A stretch of 63,580 nt of DNA, filler included, from Craspedostauros australis (GCA_030167865.1; 8 parts of 8 records of this genome joined end to end with filler, not necessarily neighbours in it); one strand, 5' to 3'. Counted from the whole stretch's first letter, positions 32,704 to 46,560 are shown. Notes: a model not told the origin generated them from the letters alone. Program-made: numbers and translations.

Positions 32704-35682
32704 TGGCGTGTATCGCCTGTGTCGCCAAGTTTTCATGAGATGTTGCGATGGGCCATCCACATCATTCTACCATACCATACTGATACATACCGATGCATAC
32801 TGATACATAGAGCATCGTCTTCTCGTCGTCCGCTACTACTACTCTACTATTCTATTCTGTGGTAGTACAGTAGTATACCATGCACCAACGTGGCATCACG
32901 TGATGGGAAGAATTCCGCCATCACTCTCTGTCTCTTGCCTTCAACTTGAAGGTCCTCGTGGTTTGTTTCGACGAAACGAGGATTCCGGCGCGGACTTTCC
33001 CAGACAAGCATGATGTGAGCCATGATCACCGACGTCATCCATCCGGACTTTCCGTTCAACATGAGACTCCGCTCATACTGCAGCACCTCCATCATGACGC
33101 ACGTTCGTATTGGTACTCGTAGTTGCAAACAGACGCTCGCGGAGAGGCTGCGAAGCAGGACAGGAGGGAACGCCAAGACCTGTGTTGATGCGTGCGTGTC
33201 CACGGGTATTGTTTCCCTCGAATCTTGGAGTTGGCGCAACACGTTGAGGATGGTGCAGATACCACGACAGAGCTACTCGTACCATGCAAGTCAACCAAGA
33301 CAGAACACAACCGCCACCAGCGTGGGAAAAGAGCCCGTGACTGTCGCAATGTCGGAAGCGCTCCTGGTTTTGTCAACATGGCGTGGCGCGCTGCGGTCGT
33401 CGGAGGCACGACTGCTGGAGCGTGCGGCGGTGCCTAATTGTCGCGGATTTTACATCATGTGTCACAACATTCCGGCGTACTCCCGAGTCACACTGACGGC
33501 GGAGTTGCCGTTCCTATCGGCCTTGATTGGCAGCCGCGTCGCTTGCTGTCACGTGGCTGTTGCGTTCCGCTCTCGTGCTCTGCTTTACACGCAAATCGGT
33601 CCACAAGCGTCAAGGGATACGGAAAGACTCGTGTGCGCGATGATGTTTCGCCATGGCATGATGGGAGCATCCCACGAAGAGAGATGAGTGAGGATGCATC
33701 CTCGGATACGAGCTAATATTACTATTCTGCACAAGAGCAACCGCCAAAATCCAATCGCACTTGTCCTCCTGTAATAATAGGCGAGAATTTGAATCTCCAT
33801 CCCATAGTGGAATAGTAGTGTAGTATTAGAACAGAACTGCTCTGGGGGAGGAAGACGATGCCTTCCTCTCTCTCTCTCTCTGCCTATCTGCCTATCTGCC
33901 TGCCTGTTGTAGTATCTGTCTGTCTCTGCTGGAGAGGAACGGCGAAGATGTCGAGCATAGCGGAAATTGTGGCGAACATGGATGCGGTGATGTGGTGTTG
34001 TAGTCCACGAGTACTTTGTGTACGTTGTGGTTGGGGACAAGAGGCCTGGGTAACTGCGCGAACTTCGGAGATCGATGCGAACGTCGAGTAATGTTGAACG
34101 ACTCGCCATCTCCCTTCACATTTTCATCGGCAGTTCGCAATCTTTGTGGACGGAACACGTCCGGGCGTGTTGTGTCTCCAGGCGAATTCGTCGGAGTTGC
34201 GACAGCGCGTCACTCGATAGTGACACGGATGCGACATCAACTATCCGATCAAGTCAAGAAATACGGTGTCAGCAAGCATAAATGATGCATTTAGTCAAGC
34301 AAGAAAAGACGAATTTGATGTAAAATAGTGGGAGTTGTTCTGTTTGAATTTGGCTAATTTCCTCACCGATACGGAAAGAACACAGCTATCGTGCCAATGT
34401 TAGTGCCATTCCCCGTGCCAATCGAGAAAGGTTGCGACACAACGTCGAATCGATTCTCAACAACGATTTTTGGCGCGCTGCACAGGATTGAAATGACGAT
34501 TTTGGCGAAGTGGTTGACGACAAGTGACTTGAAATTCCGTTGCGCTGTTCGTTGTTGTTGGACGCGTTTGAGGATTCAAAATTTGTGTTGCGTGTGTTCG
34601 AACCTGGCCGAGGTTTTGTCACAACGTCAAGGAGGTTTGGCTCCTGGTGTTCGGTGGGGCCGTTGTCGCGACAATTGTGGTGAGGATCTTTCGCGATGTG
34701 TCAAACGAGCATCGTGAAGGGAGGACGTAAAATTGGAGGAATCCCTTGGCTGGCACAGGTGACGAAAGTTCAGGTGGTATCCTGATGGGCGCGGCGAGGT
34801 GCATGGGCGCCTTTGCCTGCAGGTACCAACACCAGAGAGTAACGAGAGGGAAGACCACACTTAATCACCGCTCCCACCCCTCCCAGCCCCACCAACACAA
34901 AGGCGGAACACAGCCAAGCAAAGCCACCAAAAGGGCGACACCATCCATCCTCTCACAAAACTTGATCGTCTCACAATCAAAACGAACCAGGAGCAACGAA
35001 CGGTAAGACAACATTCAGCATCCCCTTGCGACCACGATCGCGACTGAGACTGCAGCTTTCGCTGCGGCAAGTCAACGTTCCGATACCAGCCGCAGCAACC
35101 GTAAAGCGACAACAGCGCTTCTTGAACACTGCTGCCGGCAATGGCGCTGCGACGACAACGGCCGACCATGGCGGCGGGGAGAGGCAAGAATCGGCTTGAT
35201 GCTTGGAGGCGTGAAGCCATGGAGCAGCGCCCGTGGTGATCCTTCCGCCTTTCGCCGCCTCGCCACCGCGATGCCCACCTTCGTCGGCAAGAAGCCCACG
35301 ATGATTTCTTGCGCGATGGTCTTGGCACAGCTTTCATGTGCTTCGCTGCCGACTCACCATGTGCCGCAGACAGAGTGAAGTCGAATTTCTGCCGGTGAAG
35401 GGAGCACGATAGCACGCAACGGCGAGCGCGGCGAGGCGAATCGATCGTGTTGCGCGGAAAGCAACCGCACCACAAGATGTCGCGTCCCGTCTCTGTCTCG
35501 AAAACCTCCCATTCCCAATTCTTCATTTCTCACACCGACCTTGCCATCTCTGTCTCTCTATCTCTATCTCCGCACATTATTGTGCATGTGGCGACGGTGG
35601 CACTGCGGCTGTGAACTATTATACGAACGAACAGACATCAACGTCCGAAACCTCACAGAACCAACCAAACCAAACCAACACA

Positions 35683-37182
35683 ATGAAGTTCGCAACCAGC
35701 TCCCTCATCTTGGCTCACATCGCCACCACCGCCACCGCAGACGAGAGTGTCGTCGCCAACCTCCGCGCCCCAGCCGACAAGGAAGAAAAGGTCGCCGGAA
35801 AAGACAAGCTCTCCTGGACTTACTACGGAAACAATGAGAGAAAGATCGAGGAGGTCACCGGCGTCACCAAGAAGCTCCGCCGCCTCAAGGATGACTCCAA
35901 GCCAAAAGTTTCTCCCGACTCCAAGTCTGACAAGGGCAGCGGCATGAAGAACAAGAAGGGCAAGGACAGCGACATGACCGCTGCCCCCACCATGGTCATG
36001 CCAACCGCCAGCCCGACTTCCGCACCGACTGACAACCCAACATCGGCACCAACTTCCAACCCAACCGCCAGCCCAACCAGCGCGCCAACATCCGCACCCA
36101 CCGTCACAACCTCGGCACCAACCAGCGCCCCAACCGCCCCAACTGCGGCGCCAACCAGCGCGCCAACTGACAACGACGTCGCCACCTTCCTGGCCACGCT
36201 CGGAACACCAAGCACCCCTGAGGGAGTTGCTCTCCTCGCGGTCATCCAGAACGAGACCGACCTCCTCGAGATCTTCGCCAACCAGGCCAGCACCGCCGAC
36301 GGTGTCACCCTCTTCAACGACATCAGTGGAAAGACCGGCGTCCTCGACATATTCACTGCCGCAGCCGCCGCCAGCGGAGACATGTTCACCGGAACCGCCG
36401 CCGAAGCCGCTGTCTGGTGCGCCGAAGCGGGACGCACCTGCTGCACTGGGACCGACGCTTGCTCTTGGGTGGGCGTTGCCTCCATCGCATCCAACAGCTG
36501 CATTGGAACGGAGGCTTGCAAAAGCATCGAGACCCAGTCCTTCATCTTCCAGGGATCCTGCCTCAGTGGCGCCGGGGTCAACGATGACAAAGCATGCTCA
36601 TACTTCAACTTCAACTCCGGAACCAACAAGGCCTCCATTGTGGCCCCAGGATCCTGCACGGGAGACATGTCGTGCTACGCCTTCGCCCAGCAGTCCGACG
36701 GTGATGCCATTGTCGGAGCAGGTTCCTGCAAGGGAACCAAGGGCTGCGCCGCCATGGGTGCCGGACCAGCGGCCTACGCCACGATCACACCAGACCAGGG
36801 CAACGGCACCACCGACAACAAGCGTGTCTCCACCACCATCGTCGGGGTTGGATCCTGCATCAACAACGATTCGTGCTCGTACGTCAACACCCACGTCACC
36901 AGCGGCTCCCCCCTTTACACCCCATACAACCGGTTCGAGGGATCCACCTTCATTGGCGATGGCACCTGCGTTCCAGCCAGCTCTTGCCGATACTTGGGAT
37001 ACCAGTTCTTCTTCAACGCCGACATCAACCTCTCCGATGGCGTGTGCAACGACACGCCTGTTGCCAAATACTCCGGATGCAGCTACTGCTACTACGACAA
37101 AGTGGCCACCAACCCCTGCTATCCTCTCACTGCCGTTTTCACCATCGCGTCCGGCAGCTCCTGCCCAGCCTGCACATCTTAA
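35683..37182 (+). CDS. Secreted mucin-like protein: signal peptide, RRL processing site, Lys-rich segment, PTSAPT repeats and a Cys-rich GSCxGxxxC repeat domain
   Basis: MKFATSSLILAHIATTATA signal, KKLRRLKDD, multiple PTS/PTA units and about 8 (I/V)xxG(S/T)C...C repeats. Confidence 0.85.
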   Translation: MKFATSSLILAHIATTATADESVVANLRAPADKEEKVAGKDKLSWTYYGNNERKIEEVTGVTKKLRRLKDDSKPKVSPDSKSDKGSGMKNKKGKDSDMTAAPTMVMPTASPTSAPTDNPTSAPTSNPTASPTSAPTSAPTVTTSAPTSAPTAPTAAPTSAPTDNDVATFLATLGTPSTPEGVALLAVIQNETDLLEIFANQASTADGVTLFNDISGKTGVLDIFTAAAAASGDMFTGTAAEAAVWCAEAGRTCCTGTDACSWVGVASIASNSCIGTEACKSIETQSFIFQGSCLSGAGVNDDKACSYFNFNSGTNKASIVAPGSCTGDMSCYAFAQQSDGDAIVGAGSCKGTKGCAAMGAGPAAYATITPDQGNGTTDNKRVSTTIVGVGSCINNDSCSYVNTHVTSGSPLYTPYNRFEGSTFIGDGTCVPASSCRYLGYQFFFNADINLSDGVCNDTPVAKYSGCSYCYYDKVATNPCYPLTAVFTIASGSSCPACTS

Positions 37183-37430
37183 GCGGCTTGTCTGCTCAGC
37201 AGCAGCGGCACCAAGGGAGCGATCCACTTCTCTGATCGGATCAGCTCCACGCCAAACCCAAATCTTGAAGGGCTTGAGCCAACGACGGATGATGATCTCA
37301 TCATCGTCTCCACACGGTGCCTTCCGNNNNNNNNNNNNNNNNNNNNNNNNNNNNNNNNNNNNNNNNNNNNTTAATTAATTAANNNNNNNNNNNNNNNNNN
37401 NNNNNNNNNNNNNNNNNNNNNNNNNNAGCA

Positions 37431-37739
37431 ATGAGGATGGCAGCTGAAAGTGAGAAAGATATGTTCGCTCATCCAGATTTCAGCAAGCTAATTCTACAGC
37501 ATCAACTGATAGAAGACATCGATGTCCTCCGCAGTGGGGGAGCAGAGAGTGATGGAGTTGATGATGAGTACAGCTGTATGTCCATGATGGAGCTGTACAA
37601 GGTTACGGATCAGGATGAGAGTACAGCACAAGTGGATTCATACATGGATCGGGCGACATTGGTGGACTTCGTGTGTTGTATGTGTACCAAATCATTCAAA
37701 GTGATTGAAATGGACAGCGCTGCTGAAGAAGAGAAGTGA
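37431..37739 (+). CDS. Possible 3' end of a gene truncated by the gap
   Basis: Acidic 102-aa ORF abutting the contig start; no recognisable motif. Confidence 0.3.
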   Translation: MRMAAESEKDMFAHPDFSKLILQHQLIEDIDVLRSGGAESDGVDDEYSCMSMMELYKVTDQDESTAQVDSYMDRATLVDFVCCMCTKSFKVIEMDSAAEEEK

Positions 37740-39678
37740 AGTGCCAGACCATATCATACCATGCCATACCACACCATAACAGAAGTCTTCGAGAAGCGCA
37801 CGCATGACGGAATTGAGTTGATGGATAAAAATAGTCATCAGAATAGTCATTAGGCAAGCAACGGCATGAAAGCAGGTCATCAGTGATCGATTCATTCAAT
37901 GGTGCGTCTGGCATGCCTTCACTATCGCTTTTGGTGATGCGCACAGCATGCTGCTCCATGCACTCCTGTATCGTTCGCAACACGGTCTGGCTGGGCTGCG
38001 AGATACGCATGATCTTCTGTGCATGAATTGCAGATGATCCTGGTTGGCGTCCGGCACGTTGCTGTGCAGCATCATTGGCCAATGCGACATGAAGACGATG
38101 GTTCAGCCACCACTGTCATTGTCGTGGTCGTCATGCCAATCATATGGTTTCCGCGTTCGTTGGTGTCGATGATGTGAGCGGAGCTGCGTGGGAAACGATG
38201 GCGGACCCCGCGGGCGTCATGCATGGTTTGTAGGAATCGAGTCCAACTTGATGAAGTGGAGCGTATTGCGACAGTCAGCTTGTTGTTGTTGGTGGTGGTG
38301 GTGCTGCAGTTCGTGCAGGGCACAAGTGCATGCCAGCTGCTGCATGGTTTTCGATAGGACCGACCAAGATCGCGAGTCATGGGAGAAGCTGCCGACATCA
38401 TTGCAGACGATTTCTTTCATCTGTGGATCTGATGAGACAGTGCCTTCGTGGTGCGTGGTTTGTGGCGGCGACGCACCGCTTTGAGCATCGGTATGAACAG
38501 GCGTGGCTGGTTGTGGTGCGTGTTGTGGAGACTGAGCAACATCTCCGAACAACAGGCTCTGCAAGTCTCGGAAGAAGTCGCTGCGCCCGATCTCACAGAT
38601 GCACCCGTCCAGCATGTGCTGATTCTCCGTTTCCGACAGTGAATTGGACGTTTATGTGCGTGCGTGCGGCTACTGATGACTTGAATCCAGACCGCACCAT
38701 GGGCCATGACATGTCTTGCCATGGCTGTTGGTTCTGTTGTTGGCGCTGCCATTGCCCATGTCCCAAGATATTCTCTACTCCGGAGCAGTTGGCTTGATAT
38801 CTTCCTTTCTGGTGTCGCTGAGCGATGCGGCAAGTTTGAGATCGCTGTTCATCACTGCTCGTCATTCATCATCATCTTCAGCGTCATCATCATCGGCATC
38901 ATCATCATTGGAATCATCATCGGCATCATCATCGTCTCTTGCCATGGCCGCCTTCGTTGATTCTGGTTGGCGTGCCATATTTGCGCAGCCGCCGCTTGCT
39001 TGATTACTTCATTTCTTCGTTTCTTTGTTGCTTCATTAATTCATTGGAGGATGTGTCAGTGTTGGCTGATACCTCCATCAATGCAACCATAGTCATGCGA
39101 TGCCATCTTTCTTTCTCTCTCTCCTTGTTGTGTTGATGTTGTTTGATGGATCGTGGCGCAAAATCGAAGATTCGTTGTTTTGGGCGGTGTCAAGAATTTT
39201 TGGCGCGTTTGGTGGGCACTCGTCTGTCTGTCATCCGTAGTTCATTCAACCAATGACGCACACAAACACTCGCGACGAACATCACCAATGCGTTGTCTTC
39301 ATGGAACGCAACTCTGATCGATGATTGTGAGGGTGATGGCAACCACTCCAATGACGCCGCATCCCTTCACATTGGTACCAACATCAACAACACCAACACA
39401 AACAATCAGACAATCAGACAATCAGACAAGATGATGAGGCATCGACATCCAAGGGGCATTGTGGGAAGGCTCGCCAGTTGCTCCGTACCCTTGACCCACC
39501 CGTCGTACGATTATGAGTATTACTATGGAACCTTCCATGAGTGTGATCTACTCTGGGAGTTGTCACAGCAGGGCGTCCAGCCTGATAGGTGCTCTGTTTG
39601 AACCTTTGTGCGGTCATGAGGTCATGATGATCGAAGTTGCTGGAAGAGGACGGTGTCAGACTGATAGCAGAGAAGAAC

Positions 39679-41789
39679 ATGGAGACCAAGCAACCGCAGC
39701 AGGCCGACACGAAATCGAAGGCGAGCAAGCCCACCAGCTTCGCCAAAGAGGCCAAAGCAGCTGCAAAATCAGGTGGTCGTGCGAGTGTCAGCACAGATAC
39801 ACCAAGCAGCGCCAATAGAAGCACAGCCAAAGATGCGAAAGCTTCGGCTATGAAACGATCACGTACGAAGAGTCTGGACATGCTCGACATGCAAGATCAC
39901 GAGATGTCATCCAGCTCCCTTGATCAAAGCAAGTTCAACACCGACGAATCCATACAGACGCCAAACACCCCAGATGGACTCAGCTTCGCCACAGTCCCAG
40001 CACTTGGCGCAACCTGCGAACGGATCAACCAAGACAAGACGAAGCTTGCCCAGAGTCGGAGATACAGGCCAAGGCCAAGAACGAATTCCAACGGAATGAC
40101 CAACAGCGACAAATCGAGGAGCAAGAGTTTGGAATTCTTGAAGGATGGACACCACATGCCAGGCACAACATACACATCAGACACATCAGGTGCGATAAGT
40201 GCAGCCAGCATCCCGGATCCATCTCGAGTTGGAAGATCGAAGAAGTCACGCAGTGAGAGCCTGGATTCACTCTCCAATCTGCCAAGTCTCCACGACGACG
40301 ACAGCATTGGCGTTGCTACAAGTGCTGCTGCAACGAACGGTGGGAGAAGCTCTGTGGTCCCTGTCACGCCTGGAGGTTGGAGCGCGGCATCTACACCAGC
40401 CCCCTATCTCTTCAGCTGCACACATGAAGAGAGACAACAGTCTTCGTCGTTGAACAAGCGCAGGTCGACGTTGGAAAGTATCCTCAAGGCCAAACGATCA
40501 TCATTACGTGAGGTGTCGTCAACCAATCCTGGCAAATCGAAGCAACAACCATCTCTCGAATCTCGACCATCGCAATTGGCCGATCTTGCCTTGACCAAAG
40601 CATCCGCAAAGGCACCATCATCGTCGCCATCATTAACACAGTCCAAATCCAAACTCAATCTTCAACAGTCCGAACACGAACACGGAGGTGTCTCGGCCAT
40701 ACCCCAAGCCCCATCCAGTCCTGGAGCCTTGAGTCTTGGAATCGAATTGCAATCGAGCAAGAAGGACCGGGTGGCTCCTTCTCGCAACAGATCTGCATGC
40801 AGTTCGTTGCACCCAAGCGAAGACTCAAAGCAACGACGTTCACGTGGACGAAGCACGGATGCTCTGTGCGAGGCGATCAAGGAAAGGATCTCCAGGGTGC
40901 TTGGCAATGGGCCCCGACGTCACCACTCCAGCAAAACAAGAGACGTGTCATCACCATTGATATTACCATCGTTATCGCCATCGCCATCGATATCGGTGGA
41001 GAAGCGCACAGCACACCAGTGGCAAACCGCACTCGACATCGTCAAGATCAAACAGTGTGGAGCGTTCGCCATCATTGTGTCATCGTTGTGACGGAGCAAT
41101 TCACACTTCCTCCTCTGGAAGAAGCTGCCGCTCGCCATCGGCGCGGAGTCGTCGAAGCCCGTCCGATCACAGCCATAGAAGAACTGCGCAAGTATCGACG
41201 GACTCATCGCCATCATCGCGGCGACAACGAACATCTGGCAGTTCGGATGATATTCACGCAGCCTCGCGTTCACGCGAAACCAACTCAACTGCACACTCCA
41301 CTGGTACTGGTTTGCAACGGCGCAAGGGCTCACCTTCCCGAACGCAGGTCCGAAGAAGTTCGCAAAGGCCAAAATAACGTGGGCGTAGCCAATCGACACC
41401 ACGTGGCGAAGATCGGCGAAGATCAGCGAAGGAAGTCCTCTGATGAACGATCACCATCGGCGCGACAACGAAGCAGATCAAGAGGATATCGAATTGACAG
41501 CGTCGAACGGCACAGCAACAAGGAAGATGAAGATGGACGACATGGCAAACAGCAGCATGGCAACAAACATTCGTCATCACGCGGGGCCCTTCAATCAAAT
41601 CGTCGTGGACGAAGCAGATCGTCGACTCGCGATGTTGTCTACCATGAGAAGCTGTCTGGCACAAGGCCACTGCAACTCACACCAAAGAAAGCAGTCAGGA
41701 GCAAGAGCTCGTCTCAGTACCGCTATCGCTTGACGAATGGTACCAAAACTCACACCCGTGATGCATCACGACACGATGGGATGGAATGA
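39679..41789 (+). CDS. Ser/Arg-rich low-complexity hypothetical protein, probably frameshifted after ~41000
   Basis: ORF to 41091, with similar S/R-rich composition continuing in the other two frames (41057..41377 and to 41789). Confidence 0.45.
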
Positions 41790-43896
41790 GATGGATGGGC
41801 CGCTCCGTATTCACATCATACTGTTTGAGGTGTGGTAGACCCACATCCCTTTAATGTAATACACTTACAAATAGACTAATATTCTATTATATGTATGGTT
41901 GGAACAGTACCGCATGTACTAGATCTGCTTGTGCAATAGAACGCTGTGATGAAGTGACCACATGTGTCAAGAGATTGAAGGGCTGGATACTGCTCCCAGG
42001 CTGCCTCCGCCTTGTCTATGACTACCCTGGTCCGCTCTCTATGGTACAAACGCACACACGGATGTTGTCGATGTCATTCACGAGCAGATTGGACGTCCGT
42101 GGTTCCATCCATGCTCTGCCATGAGCATCGTTGTTGGTTCGTTGCGCAGACAAAGAACGCATGGCAGCAGCATGTTCACAAGCTGTGCGGTCGTCGCAGT
42201 GCGGTCGTCACCATGCCACCGGATTCGCACACATAGCACTCCAAGTCACACACTGCCAAGCAGATTGGAAGCAACAGTGCCGATGCCAGTCAATCCAAGT
42301 TTGTGGAAGAGGCGATCTGCGAAGAGCACATGGCGAACAAGGCAGAGAGAAATGATGGGAAGCCACGAGGGGCATGGTTGTTGCACGGTTCCATCGACCG
42401 TCCCGTATCACGCTATTGTCCTCATCTCTCCATGAGTTGCACTCCCGCCATTGCGCCCAAACTGCAGTCGAGACCCTCACCAAGTCCCAGGAGGAGTGAT
42501 CACTCGCCGTTGAAGCAACAAATGCCAGGGTCACCATCCATTCCAATCTTCGAAGCGACCAGTGCCAGCGTGGCGGAAAGACACCAACCAACGAGCCAGT
42601 GCAGTCCAAGCATCCAGAGAGCTTGACGAGCAACAGAAGAAACCAACCAACCAACGAACCAACAAGCAACCCCATGCAGAGTGCGAGTGCCGTATTGCGG
42701 ATCATGGTTGACACAGAGTTTCCATTTTGGTACAAGAAGCACACGGTCAGCGATCCATGGCCCCTGAATACAGTATACCCACATGTCCTCCTTTGTGGTG
42801 CTCCCAACTTTGTTGATGAGACGGATGTTCCTGTCGATCGCCTCGGTTGAGCATCGATGCTCTGGGAGTCACGAGCCAAGATGGCGGTGCTTCTGCCTGT
42901 GGATAGAACACGCATGGTATTGTGTGTTGGTGATCTGTGCAGCAAGAACAGTGTAGGCAGCACGGTATCACTCTGCCTGTTGATTGCTGAAGGTGCCAAG
43001 CCATCCCAATACGCAATGTGGTGTTGATTCGGTGTTGAGGACTCTTGTTGTCCGCGCGGATGATGATGCTTGCAATGTGGTGGGATGGCAACCAGCCAAA
43101 TCCAAATGAGGTGGATCGCAACCAACAAAGGCAACCAACAAAGGCAACCAACAAAGGCAACCAACAAACGCAGTCACATCAGTGGCTTCATCGTTGTTCG
43201 AGGCATTGGTTCACACCTCAAGTTGGTGCTTGTGATGACAGGCGGACAAGCGTCAGCGGTCTTGCAGATGCCACGATAACACAAGCAAGCGTGGGCCATG
43301 GTGCACATGGCGCACATGGTGGTGGTGATGGTGATGGCAGCTCCCTCTGTATCTCTGCCTCCGAAGACTTTCACGTTGTTTGCTTCGAATTGATGTTGTG
43401 TTGGTTGTGGCTGGAGTCAAGGGGTTGGAGGCAAACTCACGCCGTTCAGACTGACGGAAACACTCAACGACCATTTCGAATCACCTGCGTGTCACCATCA
43501 ACGATCTCTCTCATTCGTTGAGCTTCTTTGATGGCTTCACTCATAGTCGAATCAGTCGAAGATTCGGGTTTTCCAAGACCCACAAAAGAGAACTCTGTTG
43601 TGGTGGGAACGTCTTTCCTTCCTTCTTGTTGTCTGTGTGCATTTCTGTGGTGGATGGGGACAGAAGGATCCAAACCATGTGATCAAGAGGAGGAGGCAAA
43701 CACAGACATCAACACACACCACTCAACCCCATACTCGAGCACATCAACAACAGACATCGGATTGCCTCTCACATTCATCACACAGTGCATGATACGNNNN
43801 NNNNNNNNNNNNNNNNNNNNNNNNNNNNNNNNNNNNNNNNTTAATTAATTAANNNNNNNNNNNNNNNNNNNNNNNNNNNNNNNNNNNNNNNNNNNN

Positions 43897-44481
43897 CCGT
43901 TTTAGAACTGTGAGCTCGATCTCATCATCTCTTTCGATTTCAGATTCATATCAGGCATACTCTGTAGCAACATCATGCGATACTGCTGTATTCATGATTG
44001 CCATCGTACCCTTTTCATCATGTATATCTCGTGATGTCTCTCATCAAGTATCTTCTTCATGCATATCCTCAAATTCATTCTCGCCTACACTCATGCGATA
44101 CGATCTGCAGTCATGCATCCATCTCGTCACAAGTTTCGTCTCAATCCCTTGTTGTCTTTGACTCCACCTGTTTTACGATTGATCGGTCTTGATTGCTCTT
44201 CTGACTCTTTCTTGTTGTCCAGTCATACGATACGATTGGTCTTGTACGTCAGGAGCACATGCATCACTTGTTTCTGTTTCTTCAATTGGGATACGATTCC
44301 TACCCACTGCCCATGCGTCCCTTCTGACAATACCTCACCGACCAATATGGTGTCTTGTCGGTTCGGGTCAGGACTCACTGTTTTGCATTGTCGTGGTGTT
44401 GATGTCATAGGAGGACAGGCTGTCTGTCTTGGTGAGACTGAGGTCAGTCACGTTTGTATTGGGTCAAGGGTGTGATCAACA
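43897..44481 (-). mobile_element. 5' part of a solo LTR (starts TGTTGATCAC at 44481)
   Basis: 43897..44433 is the reverse complement of 45970..46506; TG terminus, flanked by CTCT. Confidence 0.8.
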
Positions 44482-45017
44482 AGAGTGGAATTATTCAGTC
44501 GTGATTGATACATGTGGGATGTGCGGCAATCAAGGGTGTCTGGACAAAGTTGTTCCCTCGATTTCTATCACACGAGTGCCTCAACGAAGATACCTTATTC
44601 CTGAAACAGACTCAATATCGCTCGAGTTAATCCAAGAAGGATTCTGTCACGAAATAGTCCTGTGCAGTTTCGCCACTCAAGAGTCAATTTGTTGTATCAT
44701 GACACAGAATGCGAAGATCCTCGATTGTTGGTCACAACAGGGAGGACCAGCGAGAGAGAAGAAAAGAGTAATCATGTCTTGCATTGTCCTAACCCTCGTG
44801 ATCTGCTGGCTGCCACTGGTGTGCTGCTTCCTCCAGCCACCACTCTGTCGCCCACACATTCCGGAAATCATTCACATTCTCCACACCATCTCATAAATCG
44901 AACAACAGGAAAAACAAGAGCAAGATCATCCCCACAATCTCGACAACAACAACAACAACAACAACGACTACGACCACGACAACGACTACTACCACGATAA
45001 TAACAACCACTATAACA

Positions 45018-45869
45018 ATGACTACGACCACGATGGACTTCGACATTGCAACGGCATTGCGAGACAACATCGCATCGGTGCTCCTTCTCCCGCTCGCGCT
45101 TGCCATCGGATGGTTGGTTGTCGCCTTCAACAAACCACCCGCCAAGGATGCTCCCGTGAAGAGTCCTGTTGGGATCATGGAATCTATCAAGATGCTAACT
45201 TCATCCGAAGCACCATGTTGGCATCTCCAGCTTCGAGATTCCTTGGGATCGTCCATCTTCCAGCACAACATCCCCCTCCCTGGTGGCATCTATGTCCTCT
45301 GCTCCGCGAAGGATCAACGCGAGATTCTGCTCGACAAGACGACTGACAAGCCGATGACCATATACGCAGGCTTCGATGGTATGGTTGGACAGAAACAAGT
45401 GGGGACACGTCCAACACTCGACCTGCGTTTCAAGAAAATGAAGAAGGCAGTTGCGCATTCGTTTTCCTCTCGCGAAGTCAGTCGGATGAATTCCATTTGC
45501 ACNNNNNNNNNNNNNNNNNNNNNNNNNNNNNNNNNNNNNNNNNNNNNNNNNNNNNNNNNNNNNNNNNNNNNNNNNNNNNNNNNNNNNNNNNNNNNNNNNN
45601 NNNNNNTCATGGAGGCAGCCTTCGAATACGAATCGACTCCCGAAGACTTCGATCTGTTCACATCCAATTTCGAGGTGGCTGCACGTGAGTTCGCCATCAG
45701 TCAAGCCGTCAATCCTTTGCGGAAAGTATTCGGCTTCATGATCCCAGAGGTCTGGGTGGCGCGCAAATCCTGCTCTGCTATGCAGGACTTTGCGAAGAAG
45801 GTCTTGATGGCCTATCGCGAGAATCCCAACAAATCGGAGCAGAACACGTTGATCAAGGTGGTTGAATCA
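45018..45869 (+). CDS. Cytochrome P450, N-terminal half (internal N gap, truncated by contig end)
   Basis: N-terminal membrane anchor, Pro-rich hinge, C-helix-like FKKMKKAVAHSFS and EAAFEY...NPLRK. The haem Cys motif is not in the available sequence. Confidence 0.6.
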
Positions 45870-45969
45870 NNNNNNNNNNNNNNNNNNNNNNNNNNNNNNN
45901 NNNNNNNNNNNNNTTAATTAATTAANNNNNNNNNNNNNNNNNNNNNNNNNNNNNNNNNNNNNNNNNNNN

Positions 45970-46560
45970 ACCAAGACAGACAGCCTGTCCTCCTATGACA
46001 TCAACACCACGACAATGCAAAACAGTGAGTCCTGACCCGAACCGACAAGACACCATATTGGTCGGTGAGGTATTGTCAGAAGGGACGCATGGGCAGTGGG
46101 TAGGAATCGTATCCCAATTGAAGAAACAGAAACAAGTGATGCATGTGCTCCTGACGTACAAGACCAATCGTATCGTATGACTGGACAACAAGAAAGAGTC
46201 AGAAGAGCAATCAAGACCGATCAATCGTAAAACAGGTGGAGTCAAAGACAACAAGGGATTGAGACGAAACTTGTGACGAGATGGATGCATGACTGCAGAT
46301 CGTATCGCATGAGTGTAGGCGAGAATGAATTTGAGGATATGCATGAAGAAGATACTTGATGAGAGACATCACGAGATATACATGATGAAAAGGGTACGAT
46401 GGCAATCATGAATACAGCAGTATCGCATGATGTTGCTACAGAGTATGCCTGATATGAATCTGAAATCGAAAGAGATGATGAGATCGAGCTCACAGTTCTA
46501 AAACGGCGCGATCTAATAACAGCTTAGATTCTTACTAACTATACCCCCGGATTTCCAACA
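45970..46560 (+). mobile_element. 3' part of the same solo LTR (ends GATTTCCAACA at 46560)
   Basis: CA terminus followed by CTCT; its 3' end resembles 60476..60549. Confidence 0.8.

Noticed and set aside
43120..43167. Short tandem repeats (CAACCAACAAAGG x3; others at ~10600 and ~50760) as CRISPR-like arrays
   Set aside because: No spacers and a eukaryotic context; these are simple minisatellites.
43897..46506. TIR transposon carrying a P450 cargo gene
   Set aside because: TG...CA ends and the CTCT TSD show a single LTR duplicated by assembly.
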